This document shows, in pieces, positions 36,424 through 46,193 of a stretch of DNA of 64,000 bases. The DNA lies in assembly GCA_039715015.1 (NCBI GenBank), contig JBDLIE010000008.1, positions 20,660 to 84,659 on the forward strand, given 5' to 3'. Origin of the DNA: Thermodesulfobacteriota bacterium (lineage in GTDB: Bacteria; Desulfobacterota; Desulfobulbia; Desulfobulbales; SURF-16). Within the stretch, counting starts at the first letter, position 1; the number at the start of each line of letters is the position of its first letter. The translations under genes were made by a program, and so were the position numbers. The notes beneath the pieces are model-generated. The model ran no database searches, was not told where the DNA came from, and worked only from the letters and a program-made list of their open reading frames with translations.

Positions 36424-37884
36424 ATGCAGGTGAAACGATCCATAATTTCCGCCATGGGTGGAATTTTCGCACTTCTCATCTTGACCGGTTCCGGTTGCAT
36501 GAAGGAACAAGTCCAAGGGGCTAAGGATCTAGATGGTCAGCTGGCAAAAATAATCAATGAACACTCTTTGACTGGGGATCCCAGCAAAGGGCGGGATCCT
36601 GTTAAAATTGACAGCTCCGTAGCTCAGTTGGGCATGAAATTATTCTTTTCAAAATCGCTTAGTCTGGAGGGAGATACGGCTTGTGTGAGCTGCCATCACC
36701 CCTTTCTTGGTGGTGGAGACAATCTTCCTCTGCCCATAGGGGTTGAGGCTGTTAATGCAGATATTCTGGGTGAAGGAAGAACACATCCCGGTGGTGTTTT
36801 CACAGTGCCAAGGAACTCTCCCACCACCTTCAATGCCGGCCTGTGGAAAAAAGCGCTTTTTTTTGATGGCCGGGTGGAAGTTTTAGGTGAAAAGAATGGC
36901 AATATGACCATCCGGACACCGGATTCCGATTTTGGCGTGGCTGACCCCAAGGCAGGCAACAGTCTTCTTGAGGCCCAGGCCCGTTTTCCTGTCACTTCTG
37001 TTGATGAGATGCGTGGCAGGGCGACAGAAGTGATGGCAGATATTCGAAAAGACCGGCAGCAAGTACGTCGCCGTCTGGTTCAGCGTCTTGCCGAAAATAA
37101 TTGGACGCAAGAATTCAAGCGCGCTTTTCCAGGTTATAAAGAGCCAAAATCACTCATAAGTTACGCCCATATTGCCAAGGCCATCAGCGCTTATGAGGAG
37201 TCCCAGCTCTTTATTAACAATCCCTGGCGGTCATATGTGCAGGGTAATACTTCTGCCATAAGCCAATCCGCTAAACGCGGAGCGCTTCTCTTTTTTAAAG
37301 GGGTCAATCAGGGGGGTACCGGTTGTGCCGCATGCCATAGCGGTGATTTTTTTAGCGACGAGAATTTTTATGTACTCTGCATTCCCCAGGTGGGAGTCGG
37401 CAAGGGTGATGGCGAGACCGGAACCGATGATTTTGGACGGTTCCGGGAGACCGGCAACCCTTTAGACACGCATGCCTTCCGCACTCAATCGCTTCTCAAT
37501 GTTGAGGTCACAGGGCCATATGGCCACTCAGGTTTTTATGGAAGTTTAGAAGAGGTTGTCCGCCACCATTCCTCTCCAGCAAAGGCCGTTGCCAGGTGTA
37601 ATTTCGAGGAGCTTGACCCCATGATTCCAAGTAAGGATGCCGAAAAAAACACTAAGGATGTCTTGGCCCATCTTCAAAGAAATAAGGACCAGGGCATTGC
37701 AACCCTTACCGAATTTTCCTTAAGCGATGGTCAGCTCACTGATATTGTCAACTTTCTAAAGTCTCTCACTGATCCCTGCGTCAAAGACAAGGAATGTCTT
37801 AAACCATGGGTCCTGGGCCCTGATATGCAAGGTCCAGACGGCTCTTTGTTGAGGGCCATTGATGAGCAGGGACGTCCTCTGTAA
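36424..37884 (+). CDS. dihaem cytochrome c peroxidase (CCP/MauG family) lipoprotein
   Basis: Lipobox LTGSGC, two CxxCH motifs (CVSCHH, CAACHS) and the conserved GPYGHSG segment. Confidence 0.85.
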   Translation: MQVKRSIISAMGGIFALLILTGSGCMKEQVQGAKDLDGQLAKIINEHSLTGDPSKGRDPVKIDSSVAQLGMKLFFSKSLSLEGDTACVSCHHPFLGGGDNLPLPIGVEAVNADILGEGRTHPGGVFTVPRNSPTTFNAGLWKKALFFDGRVEVLGEKNGNMTIRTPDSDFGVADPKAGNSLLEAQARFPVTSVDEMRGRATEVMADIRKDRQQVRRRLVQRLAENNWTQEFKRAFPGYKEPKSLISYAHIAKAISAYEESQLFINNPWRSYVQGNTSAISQSAKRGALLFFKGVNQGGTGCAACHSGDFFSDENFYVLCIPQVGVGKGDGETGTDDFGRFRETGNPLDTHAFRTQSLLNVEVTGPYGHSGFYGSLEEVVRHHSSPAKAVARCNFEELDPMIPSKDAEKNTKDVLAHLQRNKDQGIATLTEFSLSDGQLTDIVNFLKSLTDPCVKDKECLKPWVLGPDMQGPDGSLLRAIDEQGRPL

Positions 37885-37909
37885 CCAATTTGTCTGAAAG
37901 CCTGATTTG

Positions 37910-38977
37910 TTAACGGCGCTTCTTGCCGGCCAGCAGGCGATTATAAGCCTCGGTGAGGCGGACAAAGACGTCATGGTCGCCGCCGGTATCAGGATGGAGG
38001 AGCATGGCCTGTTGGCGGTAGAGGCGGGTGAGTTCGCGTTTACTCATCTTCTTTAACTCTTCCAGGCCGGCATCGAAAATCTCCTGATATTCCTCATCGC
38101 TGATTTTCTCAGCAGATTCCGGAAAACTAAATGTGCGGTGATCGGCCATGAAACGGCGGAGATAATCGTCAAGAAGTGGATTGCCGCCATACTGGTAATC
38201 TACCCAGAGGCAGAGGTAGCGTTTGAGATACTCCGGCAAATTCGGGCCCAGCACCATGCCCTGCCAGAAAGATTTGTTGTCGGCCAAGGTGCAGAGTTCC
38301 TGGACAAAGAAATTGTCCACCTCCTCTTCTTCAAGCATCTGGGGGGCATGGAGAACGAAAGACTGGTCAAAAAAACGGGAGAGATGAAAGATGGCAAAGA
38401 GATAATTGCGCACCTCTTCCTCATAGAGGGCCTCCCGCTCCTGTTCAACAAAGTACTGTTCCCGCTGATCGCGGCTCATGCCCAGGAGCTTTCTGGCAAC
38501 CTTGCCGGGCAATTGGTAGAGACGGCTCTGGTCAATGGAGCCGTAAAGCAGGTAGTGGAGGCGGCGGCGGTCAAAATCTTCAATGTCGTGGCGGATGGCC
38601 TCTTCCTGCTCCGCTGTAAGCGGCGAACTGCGTATATTTTTGCGGCTGGGGAAACGTTCAAGGTGGCGGCGAATGATGGGGCTGACAAAGGGGTAGAGAA
38701 GTTCTTCCAGGAGGTCCTCAGCATTGTCCAGCAGCGGATCAATCTGGTCAATGAGGTCTTCAGCAATATAAAAACCCCGCTCGCCGATATAGACGATGTA
38801 CTCCTCAGGGTCAATGCCAAGTTCAAAGAGCTGGCGGGAGACCATGCATTTCTGGGCATCATCCCAACAGGAGAGACGCAGGAAATAGGGAGGAGGATGC
38901 TCCATGACCCCCCGGGCCAGGTAGAGCCTTGGTTGGTAGGGGGGGGCAGGTGATGGAGGGGAGATTTTTGCGGCCAT
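37910..38977 (-). CDS. hypothetical protein with minimal C-terminal J-domain (HPD motif)
   Basis: The C-terminus LYRQQAMLLHPDTGGDHDVFVRLTEAYNRLL resembles J-domain helices II-III. The N-terminal roughly 300 aa, acidic and Tyr-rich, is not recognised. Confidence 0.45.
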   Translation of the reverse strand: MAAKISPPSPAPPYQPRLYLARGVMEHPPPYFLRLSCWDDAQKCMVSRQLFELGIDPEEYIVYIGERGFYIAEDLIDQIDPLLDNAEDLLEELLYPFVSPIIRRHLERFPSRKNIRSSPLTAEQEEAIRHDIEDFDRRRLHYLLYGSIDQSRLYQLPGKVARKLLGMSRDQREQYFVEQEREALYEEEVRNYLFAIFHLSRFFDQSFVLHAPQMLEEEEVDNFFVQELCTLADNKSFWQGMVLGPNLPEYLKRYLCLWVDYQYGGNPLLDDYLRRFMADHRTFSFPESAEKISDEEYQEIFDAGLEELKKMSKRELTRLYRQQAMLLHPDTGGDHDVFVRLTEAYNRLLAGKKRR

Positions 38978-39090
38978 AAAAAAAGCTTAATATGGCCGAG
39001 GTTATGGATGCAAGGAGTTTGCCTGGATTGGTTCAGGTCGTTTCCTCCCCAGAGAGGTGAGAATGATGAGAAGGGAGATTGAAATGGTAT

Positions 39091-39176
39091 GTAGGAGCCC
39101 GCCCCCCCGGGCAATACTAAGATAATCTTTCCCTCTGGAGATTAATCGTTTCGCTCACAGGGGTGAGTTCCTGCAG
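39091..39176. repeat. GTAGGAGC-bounded palindromic miniature repeat (copy C)
   Basis: GTAGGAGCCCGCCCCCCCGGGCAAT ... TCGCTCACAGGGGTGAGTTCCTGCAG. Confidence 0.65.
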
Positions 39177-39271
39177 CGGCGTGTTTAATATAGGCGCTGG
39201 ACGAAAAGTTGTTTAGACGTCTGGGTTTCTGCCTTGGTGACAATGACTTTGGCTGACGGCCTGTAAGCTTT

Positions 39272-40321
39272 TTAAAAAAGCGAGGGTTGTTTTCGAGGGG
39301 ACGGAGGCTCTGGTGAGCTTTCGGTGGCTTCAGGTTCAGAAGGCTCCTCTTCATCGACCTGGGCGCTGCGGCCTTTGACAAAGAGAAAGCGTTCCAGGCT
39401 GCGCTGGTAGTCGCTCCACTGGTAGCCCTCTTCCTTGGCCTGTTCGCTCACCTTTTCAATGGTGTTGATTTTGGCGTCCATATCGTCAATGAAGTTGAGA
39501 GCAAAGCCCTCAAGGAGCATGGGCAGAGTGGGGGAGCCGAAATCGTAGCGACCGTGGTGACTGAGAATGAGATGTTTGACCCGGACGGCGAGCTCTTCAG
39601 GAAAATCTTGGATGGTGCTGAGCCGCTCCTGAACCATCTCCACCGCCATGACCATGTGGCCCATGAGGCGACCGGCGTTAGAATAGTCAAAGCGATGGGA
39701 ATCAAAGGAAAATTCCTTGGTCTTGCCGATATCGTGGAGCATGGCTCCAGCCATGAGCAGCGAACGGTCCAGGGACGGGTAGAGGTTGCTCACCGCATCG
39801 GCCAGGCGGGCCACCCCAAGGGTGTGCTCCAGCAAGCCGCCAAGGTAGGCGTGGTGCATCATCTTGGCGGCGGGCGCCTTTTTGAAGATGGCGAAGAACT
39901 CCTCATCGGCAAAGAAGGCCAGCAGCAGTTTTTTTATAAAAGGGTCGCTGACGCTGTTGGCGAGACCGGCAAACTCGGCAGCCATCTCGTTAATGTCATT
40001 TTTGGAGCTGGGCACAAAGGCCGAGAAATCCACCTCCTCATCAGGGACACGATGAAGATCGGTGATAGAGAGTTGCAGGGCATTACGGTAGGAGGAACAT
40101 CTTGCCTTAATGGCAATAACCGCGCCGGCCGGGCATTGAGGCTCCCGTTGTTCGGCCCGGTCCCAGACCTTGGCCCCTATCTCCCCTGACTTATCCATCA
40201 GCTTCAGGGAGAGATAGGGCTTGCCCGCCTTTGTCTCTGCCTTGCTGAGGTCCTGAACCATGAAGAGATCGTTTACGGCCTGGCCGTCTTTGATGGCGGA
40301 GATGAAGGTTTTTTTTGTCAT
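39272..40321 (-). CDS. yhaM: OB-fold plus HD-domain 3'-5' exoribonuclease (YhaM family)
   Basis: N-terminal OB fold and an HD domain (HHAYLGGLLEHTL, HDIGK). Confidence 0.7.
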   Translation of the reverse strand: MTKKTFISAIKDGQAVNDLFMVQDLSKAETKAGKPYLSLKLMDKSGEIGAKVWDRAEQREPQCPAGAVIAIKARCSSYRNALQLSITDLHRVPDEEVDFSAFVPSSKNDINEMAAEFAGLANSVSDPFIKKLLLAFFADEEFFAIFKKAPAAKMMHHAYLGGLLEHTLGVARLADAVSNLYPSLDRSLLMAGAMLHDIGKTKEFSFDSHRFDYSNAGRLMGHMVMAVEMVQERLSTIQDFPEELAVRVKHLILSHHGRYDFGSPTLPMLLEGFALNFIDDMDAKINTIEKVSEQAKEEGYQWSDYQRSLERFLFVKGRSAQVDEEEPSEPEATESSPEPPSPRKQPSLF

Positions 40322-40350
40322 GGCGCGAGTTGATCTCCAAGATGGGAAAA

Positions 40351-40370
40351 TCGCCCCCAGGGGCGATTTA
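40351..40370. repeat. single palindromic module related to the GTAGGAGC repeat family
   Basis: ATCGCCCCCAGGGGCGAT is a perfect palindrome lying between yhaM and purL. Confidence 0.5.
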
Positions 40371-40386
40371 ATGGGTTCTGCTTCCC

Positions 40387-43377
40387 CTAGAAATCCAGGG
40401 TTGCCTGCCAGGAGGCCTTGAGTTCGGCCAGGTCGGCGCTGAGCACCGTGCGGCCACTGAGGCCCTTGGCCTGCAGAGTCAGTTCCTCTGTTACCACGCC
40501 TATCCGGCCCATTGAGGTGCCAGCCATGGCAATCTCAAAGGCATCGGCCTTGTCCGGGCTCACCGTAACCACAAAGCGGCTCTGGGACTCGGAGAAGAGC
40601 AGCACGTCATCGCGGTCAATACCCTCTGTGGGTGCCTGGCTCAGGTCAAGGTGCATGCCCAGGCCGCCACTAAAGGCGGTTTCGGCCAGGGCCACGCCAA
40701 GGCCGCCGTCTGAGCAGTCATGGCAGGAGGCCACCAGGCCGTCCTTGATCGCCGCCTCTAAGGCCCGGTAACGGGGCAGGGAGTCGGCCTCGCGCACCTT
40801 GGGAACATTGTTGCCGATCCCGCCGTTGAGCACGGCATACTCGGAGGCACCCAATTCGTCATAGGTGGTACCCAGGACATAGACCATATCGCCGGCCTTT
40901 TTGGCGTCCATGGTCACGGCCTTGCGGACGTCATCAATCTTGGCCATCACCGAAAAGAGCAGGGTGGGCGGGATGGAGATCTTGGTGCCGCCCACCATAT
41001 AGTCGTTTTTCATGGAGTCCTTGCCGGAGATGGGCGGTACGCCGTAGGCCTTGGCGTAATGGGCCAGGGCGCGGTTGGCGCGGACCAGCTGGGCCAGCTT
41101 ATAATGGCCGTCCGGTGTCTTGTCAGACTGGATGGGGTCGCACCAGCAGAAATTGTCGAGACCGGCCATGACCTCCAGCGAACCGCCGACACAGATGGCG
41201 TTACGTACTGCCTCGTCCACGGCGCAGGCCGTCATGTGGTAGGTGTCGATGTCCGAGTAGCGTGGGCAGACACCGTGGGAAACCACCAGGCCGGCAAAGG
41301 AGTCAAACAGAGGCCGGACCACAGCCGCGTCGGAGGGGCCGTCGTTTTGCTCACCGGTAAGGGGCTTAACCACTGAAATACCCTGGACCTCATGGTCATA
41401 CTGGCGAACAACATATTCTTTGGAGCAGATGTTGAGGCTGCCCAGTAACTTCATCAGCTCGTCGTTTAAGTCAGGGCTGGCGGGCAGGGCAGGCTCGGCA
41501 AAGGTCTTTTGCTGCCACTTGGCCACCATCTCCATGGGCGGCAGGGCCTTGTAGACAAAATCCATGTCCAGATAGGCCACGGTGTTGCCGTCGTAGAGGC
41601 AGTGGAATTTTCCTGAATCAGTAAAGGTGCCGAGGATGGTGGCCTCGACATCCATCTTGTTACAGAGATCCATGAAACCATCGATTCTCTCCGGCGGAAT
41701 GGCCAGGGTCATCCGCTCCTGGGCCTCGGAGAGGAAAATCTCCCAAGGCTGGAGGCCGGCGTATTTCAGCGGGGCGCGGTCCAGGTGAAGCTCAAAGCCG
41801 TTGGTGAACTCGGCCATCTCGCCCACTGAGGAGGACAGACCACCGGCACCGTTATCGGTGATACAGCGGTACAGCCCCATGTCGCGGGCCTTGATCAGGC
41901 AGTCGAACATCTTCTTCTGGGTGATGGGGTCACCGATCTGCACGGCAGTGGCCGGCGAGTTTTCGTTAAGCTCCTCAGAGGAGAAGGTGGCGCCATGGAT
42001 GCCGTCCTTGCCGATCCGGCCGCCGGTCATAACGATGAGGTCACCGGGCAGGGCGATCTTGTCCTCAGAAGGCTTGCCGCCCACCTCTTTGGGCATGATG
42101 CCCACGGTGCCGCAAAAAACCAGGGGCTTGCCGGCAAAGCGGTCGTCAAAATAGAGGGAGCCGTTCACCGTGGGGATACCGCTCTTATTGCCGCCATGCT
42201 CAACACCGGTGCGCACCCCTTCAAAGATACGCTTGGGGTGCAGCAGCCGGGCCGGGATCTCCTTGTCGTAAAAAGGAGTGGCAAAGCAGAACATATTGGT
42301 GTTGCAGAGCAGCTTGGCGCCCATGCCGGTGCCGAACGGGTCGCGGTTAACGCCGACAATACCGGTGAGGGCGCCGCCGTATGGGTCAAGGGCTGAGGGG
42401 CTGTTATGGGTCTCCACCTTGAAGACCACGTTCCAGTCGTTGTCAAAGCTGATCACCCCGGCGTTGTCTTTAAATACGGAGAGGCACCAGTCATCATCGC
42501 CCATGGACTTGCGGATCTCGGCGGTGGGGGTGCGGATGCAGGAATCAAAGAGGCTTTCGACCTGCTCCACCGTACCGCTATCAAGGTCGTGGTACTCGAT
42601 ATTGCCGGAGAAGATTTTATGCTTACAATGCTCGGACCAGGTCTGGGCCAGGGCCTCAAGCTCCACATCTTTGACCTTGCTGCCAAGACCATGGGCCTTG
42701 CGCTGTTCAATAATTTCCGGCTGGCTCAGATAGGAGCGGATGAAAATCATCTCATCCAGGGTCAAGGCCAGGACACCCTCCTTGCTGATCCGCATAAGCT
42801 CGTCATCGGAGACATCCAGATCAATCTCGTTGGAGACGGCCTTGGCCTGGTCAACCACCTTGGCCGCGTAAGGCTCAAGGCCGCCCTGCTTAACGAAATC
42901 TGCGTGGTTGATGATGGTGAAACGTTGGATCAGCTCATTGGCCAGGGCCTTCTTGGCAATGGTCTCGGCATCAGCAGCGCTCAGCTTGCCGCGGATCAGA
43001 AACTGGGTGGAGGTGTAGACCGCCTCTGTGCCCTCAAGTTGGCGGCCCAGCATAAGCTCCAGGGCCGAGGCTGCAGTACGGCCTTCATTATCGGTGACGC
43101 CGGGCCGGAATCCCACCTCAATCAGCCAATCAAATGTATAATCCCAGTCCAGGGCCAGGGGGCCCAAAGAGTAGTCTTGGGTGACCGGGTCGCAGTAAGG
43201 ACCCTGGGCAGCGGTCAGGAGCTGCTCGTCGCTGAGATCGGCCTCCACGGTAAAGACCTTGATGGTACGGACCGAATCCACGGCCAGGCCAAGGTCGTTT
43301 TTGATACCGGTGGCAGTGGTTTCGCCGAAAGAATCACGAAAGGCAGGTTTCAGACCAACCTGGATGCGTGCGAGCAT
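40387..43377 (-). CDS. purL: phosphoribosylformylglycinamidine synthase, large PurS-PurL fused form
   Basis: 996 aa with an N-terminal PurS-like domain and the PurL AIRS/AIRS-C duplication. Confidence 0.9.
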   Translation of the reverse strand: MLARIQVGLKPAFRDSFGETTATGIKNDLGLAVDSVRTIKVFTVEADLSDEQLLTAAQGPYCDPVTQDYSLGPLALDWDYTFDWLIEVGFRPGVTDNEGRTAASALELMLGRQLEGTEAVYTSTQFLIRGKLSAADAETIAKKALANELIQRFTIINHADFVKQGGLEPYAAKVVDQAKAVSNEIDLDVSDDELMRISKEGVLALTLDEMIFIRSYLSQPEIIEQRKAHGLGSKVKDVELEALAQTWSEHCKHKIFSGNIEYHDLDSGTVEQVESLFDSCIRTPTAEIRKSMGDDDWCLSVFKDNAGVISFDNDWNVVFKVETHNSPSALDPYGGALTGIVGVNRDPFGTGMGAKLLCNTNMFCFATPFYDKEIPARLLHPKRIFEGVRTGVEHGGNKSGIPTVNGSLYFDDRFAGKPLVFCGTVGIMPKEVGGKPSEDKIALPGDLIVMTGGRIGKDGIHGATFSSEELNENSPATAVQIGDPITQKKMFDCLIKARDMGLYRCITDNGAGGLSSSVGEMAEFTNGFELHLDRAPLKYAGLQPWEIFLSEAQERMTLAIPPERIDGFMDLCNKMDVEATILGTFTDSGKFHCLYDGNTVAYLDMDFVYKALPPMEMVAKWQQKTFAEPALPASPDLNDELMKLLGSLNICSKEYVVRQYDHEVQGISVVKPLTGEQNDGPSDAAVVRPLFDSFAGLVVSHGVCPRYSDIDTYHMTACAVDEAVRNAICVGGSLEVMAGLDNFCWCDPIQSDKTPDGHYKLAQLVRANRALAHYAKAYGVPPISGKDSMKNDYMVGGTKISIPPTLLFSVMAKIDDVRKAVTMDAKKAGDMVYVLGTTYDELGASEYAVLNGGIGNNVPKVREADSLPRYRALEAAIKDGLVASCHDCSDGGLGVALAETAFSGGLGMHLDLSQAPTEGIDRDDVLLFSESQSRFVVTVSPDKADAFEIAMAGTSMGRIGVVTEELTLQAKGLSGRTVLSADLAELKASWQATLDF

Positions 43378-43793
43378 GGGAAAGACTCCTCTATCCTTTG
43401 TTAAGATGGGGACAGTATAATTAGGGAAAGTCAGGCCATAAGCAGGGTATATCTGGCGGCCTGAAAACCATAAAGTCCAAGGAAAATAACGAATTACTTC
43501 TTTGTGACTTTCTCTCTAATGAGTTAAAACATCTAGTAAGAGTTCAGCAGCAACGCATCTGCTTTGTCATCGACCTGCTTGCATAGAAGGCTATCGGAGT
43601 CTACGCTTGCGCTCCGCTTACCTGCTCACAGGCCTCTTCCGTGCATCTGCATCACTGCTGAATTCTTACAGTTCCCAGGCGTTTGGTGTTTTTATGGCCT
43701 GGTGAACTATTAAAACATTTATATACTAAATCAGCCTCAATTTTGAAACGGCGTTTCCACTTTTTATCCACTTGATGCCTGAAAAAGATCACC

Positions 43794-45587
43794 ATGCAGC
43801 TTCTTAACGACGAACAATATCTGCTCGACCTGCTCTTTCGCCATAAGCTCATCAGCGCTGAACAGCGCAAGATGATTTCCCTGAAAAAAGAACAAAAGCG
43901 CCAGAATCTCAGCCATAAGTTGCGTGACCGCGGTATTGACAGGAACGAGCAGCGCCTGGACCTGGTTGATGTCATTATCTCTTTTAACCTGGAGATTCCT
44001 GGCCGGGATGGTGAGTTCCTCTCTGAAGAAGAGGTCATCCGCACCGTGGCGGCTGACAAGGATTTGCCCTTTAAGAAGCTCGACCCCCTTCAATTAGATA
44101 TGGAAGTGGTCACCAAGACCATTCCCCAGAACTTTGCCATGCGCCATCTTCTGGTACCCTTTGAGATCAGAAACGGCGTCCTGGAAATGGCGATTTATGA
44201 GCCGGGCGAACTGGCTATTCTGGAAGACATTACCCGGGCCAACCAGGTGCGGATTAACCCGCACCTGGCCACAAAAAGTGAGATCTCCCGTATCCTTGCC
44301 GAGTTTTTTGGTTTCCAGAGTTCCATCTCCGCTGCCGAGGTCCATCTTGGCGGCCCCAGTGTAGATATCAGCAATCTTGAGCAGCTGGTCAAGATTGGTT
44401 CGGCCCAGGAGATCAGCTCTTCAGATAAAAATATCAAGGCTGCCGTCAACCATATGTTCAACTATGCCTTTGACGAGCGGGCCTCTGATATCCATATTGA
44501 GCCGAAGCGCGAAAAAAGTCTGGTCCGTTTTCGGATTGATGGCGTTCTTCACACCATCTATGATCTGCCCAAGGTTATTCATGCTGCCATGGTCAGCCGT
44601 ATCAAATATCTGGCCCGCCTCGATATTGCCGAGAAGAGGCGGCCCCAGGATGGCCGCATCAAGGTCCAACACCATAAACAGGAGGCTGAGATTCGCGTCT
44701 CCACCGTGCCGGTTTCCTTTGGTGAGAAGGCGGTGCTCCGTATCTTAAATTCCGAGGTGCTCTTTCAAGACATTGAGGATATCGGCTTTAACGAGCGCGA
44801 TCTCGCAGTCTATAAGTCTTTTGTCGAGGCGCCCCATGGCATTGTCCTGGTCACCGGCCCCACGGGCTCCGGTAAATCAACCACCCTCTACTCCACCCTC
44901 CATCACGTCTCCAACCCGGAGATCAATATCACCACGGTGGAGGACCCGGTGGAGATGGTCTATGAGGAGTTTAACCAGATTGCCGTCCAGAATCAGATTG
45001 ACGTCACCTTCTCTAACATCCTTCGTAATATCCTCCGTCAGGATCCGGACATCATCATGATTGGTGAGATTCGTGACTATGAAACCGCGGCCCATGCAGC
45101 CCAGGCCGCCCTCACCGGCCATCTGGTTTTTTCCACCCTGCACACCAATGATGCGGTGACCTCCATCACCCGCCTGGTTGAGCTTGGTGTCCAACCCTTT
45201 CTGGTTGGCTCCACCATGCTCGGGGCCATGGCCCAGCGTCTGGTGCGCACCATCTGTGCTGATTGCAAGGAGGAGGTGGTTATGCCCATCACCAGCCTTC
45301 AGGGCTTTGGTTTTCCCCTGCCAGATAGCCCTGGAATAACTCTCTACCAGGGCAAGGGCTGCCGAAAATGCCGTGGTACCGGCTATTATGGCCGCTGCGG
45401 TATCTTTGAGATTTTCCCCATGTCAGATGCCATCAAGGGGCAGGTCGCCAAGGCAGCCCCGGCCTCGGAGCTCCAGAAGATAGCCGCGGCAGAAGGCATG
45501 ACCACCCTCAAGGAGGATGCTTGGGACAAGGTGCGCCGCGGCATAACCACCTTTGCCGAGGCGGTGCGGGTCACGGGATCGGTGTAG
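43794..45587 (+). CDS. GspE/PilB-family secretion ATPase (type II secretion / type IV pilus assembly ATPase)
   Basis: N-terminal GSPII_E_N domain, Walker A GPTGSGKSTT, Asp and His boxes, and a tetracysteine motif (CADC..CRKC). No other T2SS/T4P gene is adjacent. Confidence 0.85.
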   Translation: MQLLNDEQYLLDLLFRHKLISAEQRKMISLKKEQKRQNLSHKLRDRGIDRNEQRLDLVDVIISFNLEIPGRDGEFLSEEEVIRTVAADKDLPFKKLDPLQLDMEVVTKTIPQNFAMRHLLVPFEIRNGVLEMAIYEPGELAILEDITRANQVRINPHLATKSEISRILAEFFGFQSSISAAEVHLGGPSVDISNLEQLVKIGSAQEISSSDKNIKAAVNHMFNYAFDERASDIHIEPKREKSLVRFRIDGVLHTIYDLPKVIHAAMVSRIKYLARLDIAEKRRPQDGRIKVQHHKQEAEIRVSTVPVSFGEKAVLRILNSEVLFQDIEDIGFNERDLAVYKSFVEAPHGIVLVTGPTGSGKSTTLYSTLHHVSNPEINITTVEDPVEMVYEEFNQIAVQNQIDVTFSNILRNILRQDPDIIMIGEIRDYETAAHAAQAALTGHLVFSTLHTNDAVTSITRLVELGVQPFLVGSTMLGAMAQRLVRTICADCKEEVVMPITSLQGFGFPLPDSPGITLYQGKGCRKCRGTGYYGRCGIFEIFPMSDAIKGQVAKAAPASELQKIAAAEGMTTLKEDAWDKVRRGITTFAEAVRVTGSV

Positions 45588-45704
45588 AAGAAGGCCGGCC
45601 CCGGAATCCACGGAAAAATATAAGAAGGGTCTCTTCGGTGCTTTCCGGGGCTGAAAAATGCATGTTTGGCTAAAGATGGATTTTTTTGAGAAGGAAGAAG
45701 TTCA

Positions 45705-46160
45705 ATGAGTATCAAGATCGTCGCCAAGAACAAAAAGGCGTTTCACGACTATCATATAGATAAGAAGATTGAAACGGGCATCGTCCTGGTGGGGCCTGAG
45801 GTCAAGTCCCTGCGGGCTGGACGGGCCAATCTGCGCGACAGCTACGCCCGCATTAAGAATGGCGAGGTGTGGGTCCATAACCTCCATATCTCGCCCTATA
45901 AATACGCCACCCATGCCTCGCCGGACCCTCTCCGGGTCCGCAAACTCCTCCTTCATAAACGCGAAATATCAAAGCTCATCGGCAAGGTCCAGGAAAAGGG
46001 CTTCTCCCTCATCCCCCTCAAGCTCTACTTCACCGGCAAGGGCAAGGTCAAATTGGAGCTCGGGCTCGCCAAGGGCAAGACCCAGTATGACAAACGCCAG
46101 ACCTTAAAGAAGAAAGAGGCGAGCCGCGAGATGGACCGTATCCGTAAGGATTATCGTTAA
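45705..46160 (+). CDS. smpB: SsrA-binding protein
   Basis: 151 aa with canonical SmpB sequence ([11 protein letters not shown].., [13 protein letters not shown]). Confidence 0.9.
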   Translation: MSIKIVAKNKKAFHDYHIDKKIETGIVLVGPEVKSLRAGRANLRDSYARIKNGEVWVHNLHISPYKYATHASPDPLRVRKLLLHKREISKLIGKVQEKGFSLIPLKLYFTGKGKVKLELGLAKGKTQYDKRQTLKKKEASREMDRIRKDYR

Positions 46161-46193
46161 AGAAGGAGGAATGAAACTCCTAGACAGGAAGTC

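Noticed and set aside
42406-43404. 332-aa plus-strand ORF inside purL
   Set aside because: Antisense to a highly conserved purL. Its composition is that of a typical GC-shadow ORF.
43378-43793. Possible ZTP (pfl) or purine riboswitch upstream of purL
   Set aside because: The reverse complement was inspected. It lacks the conserved pfl pseudoknot segments, so no call was made.
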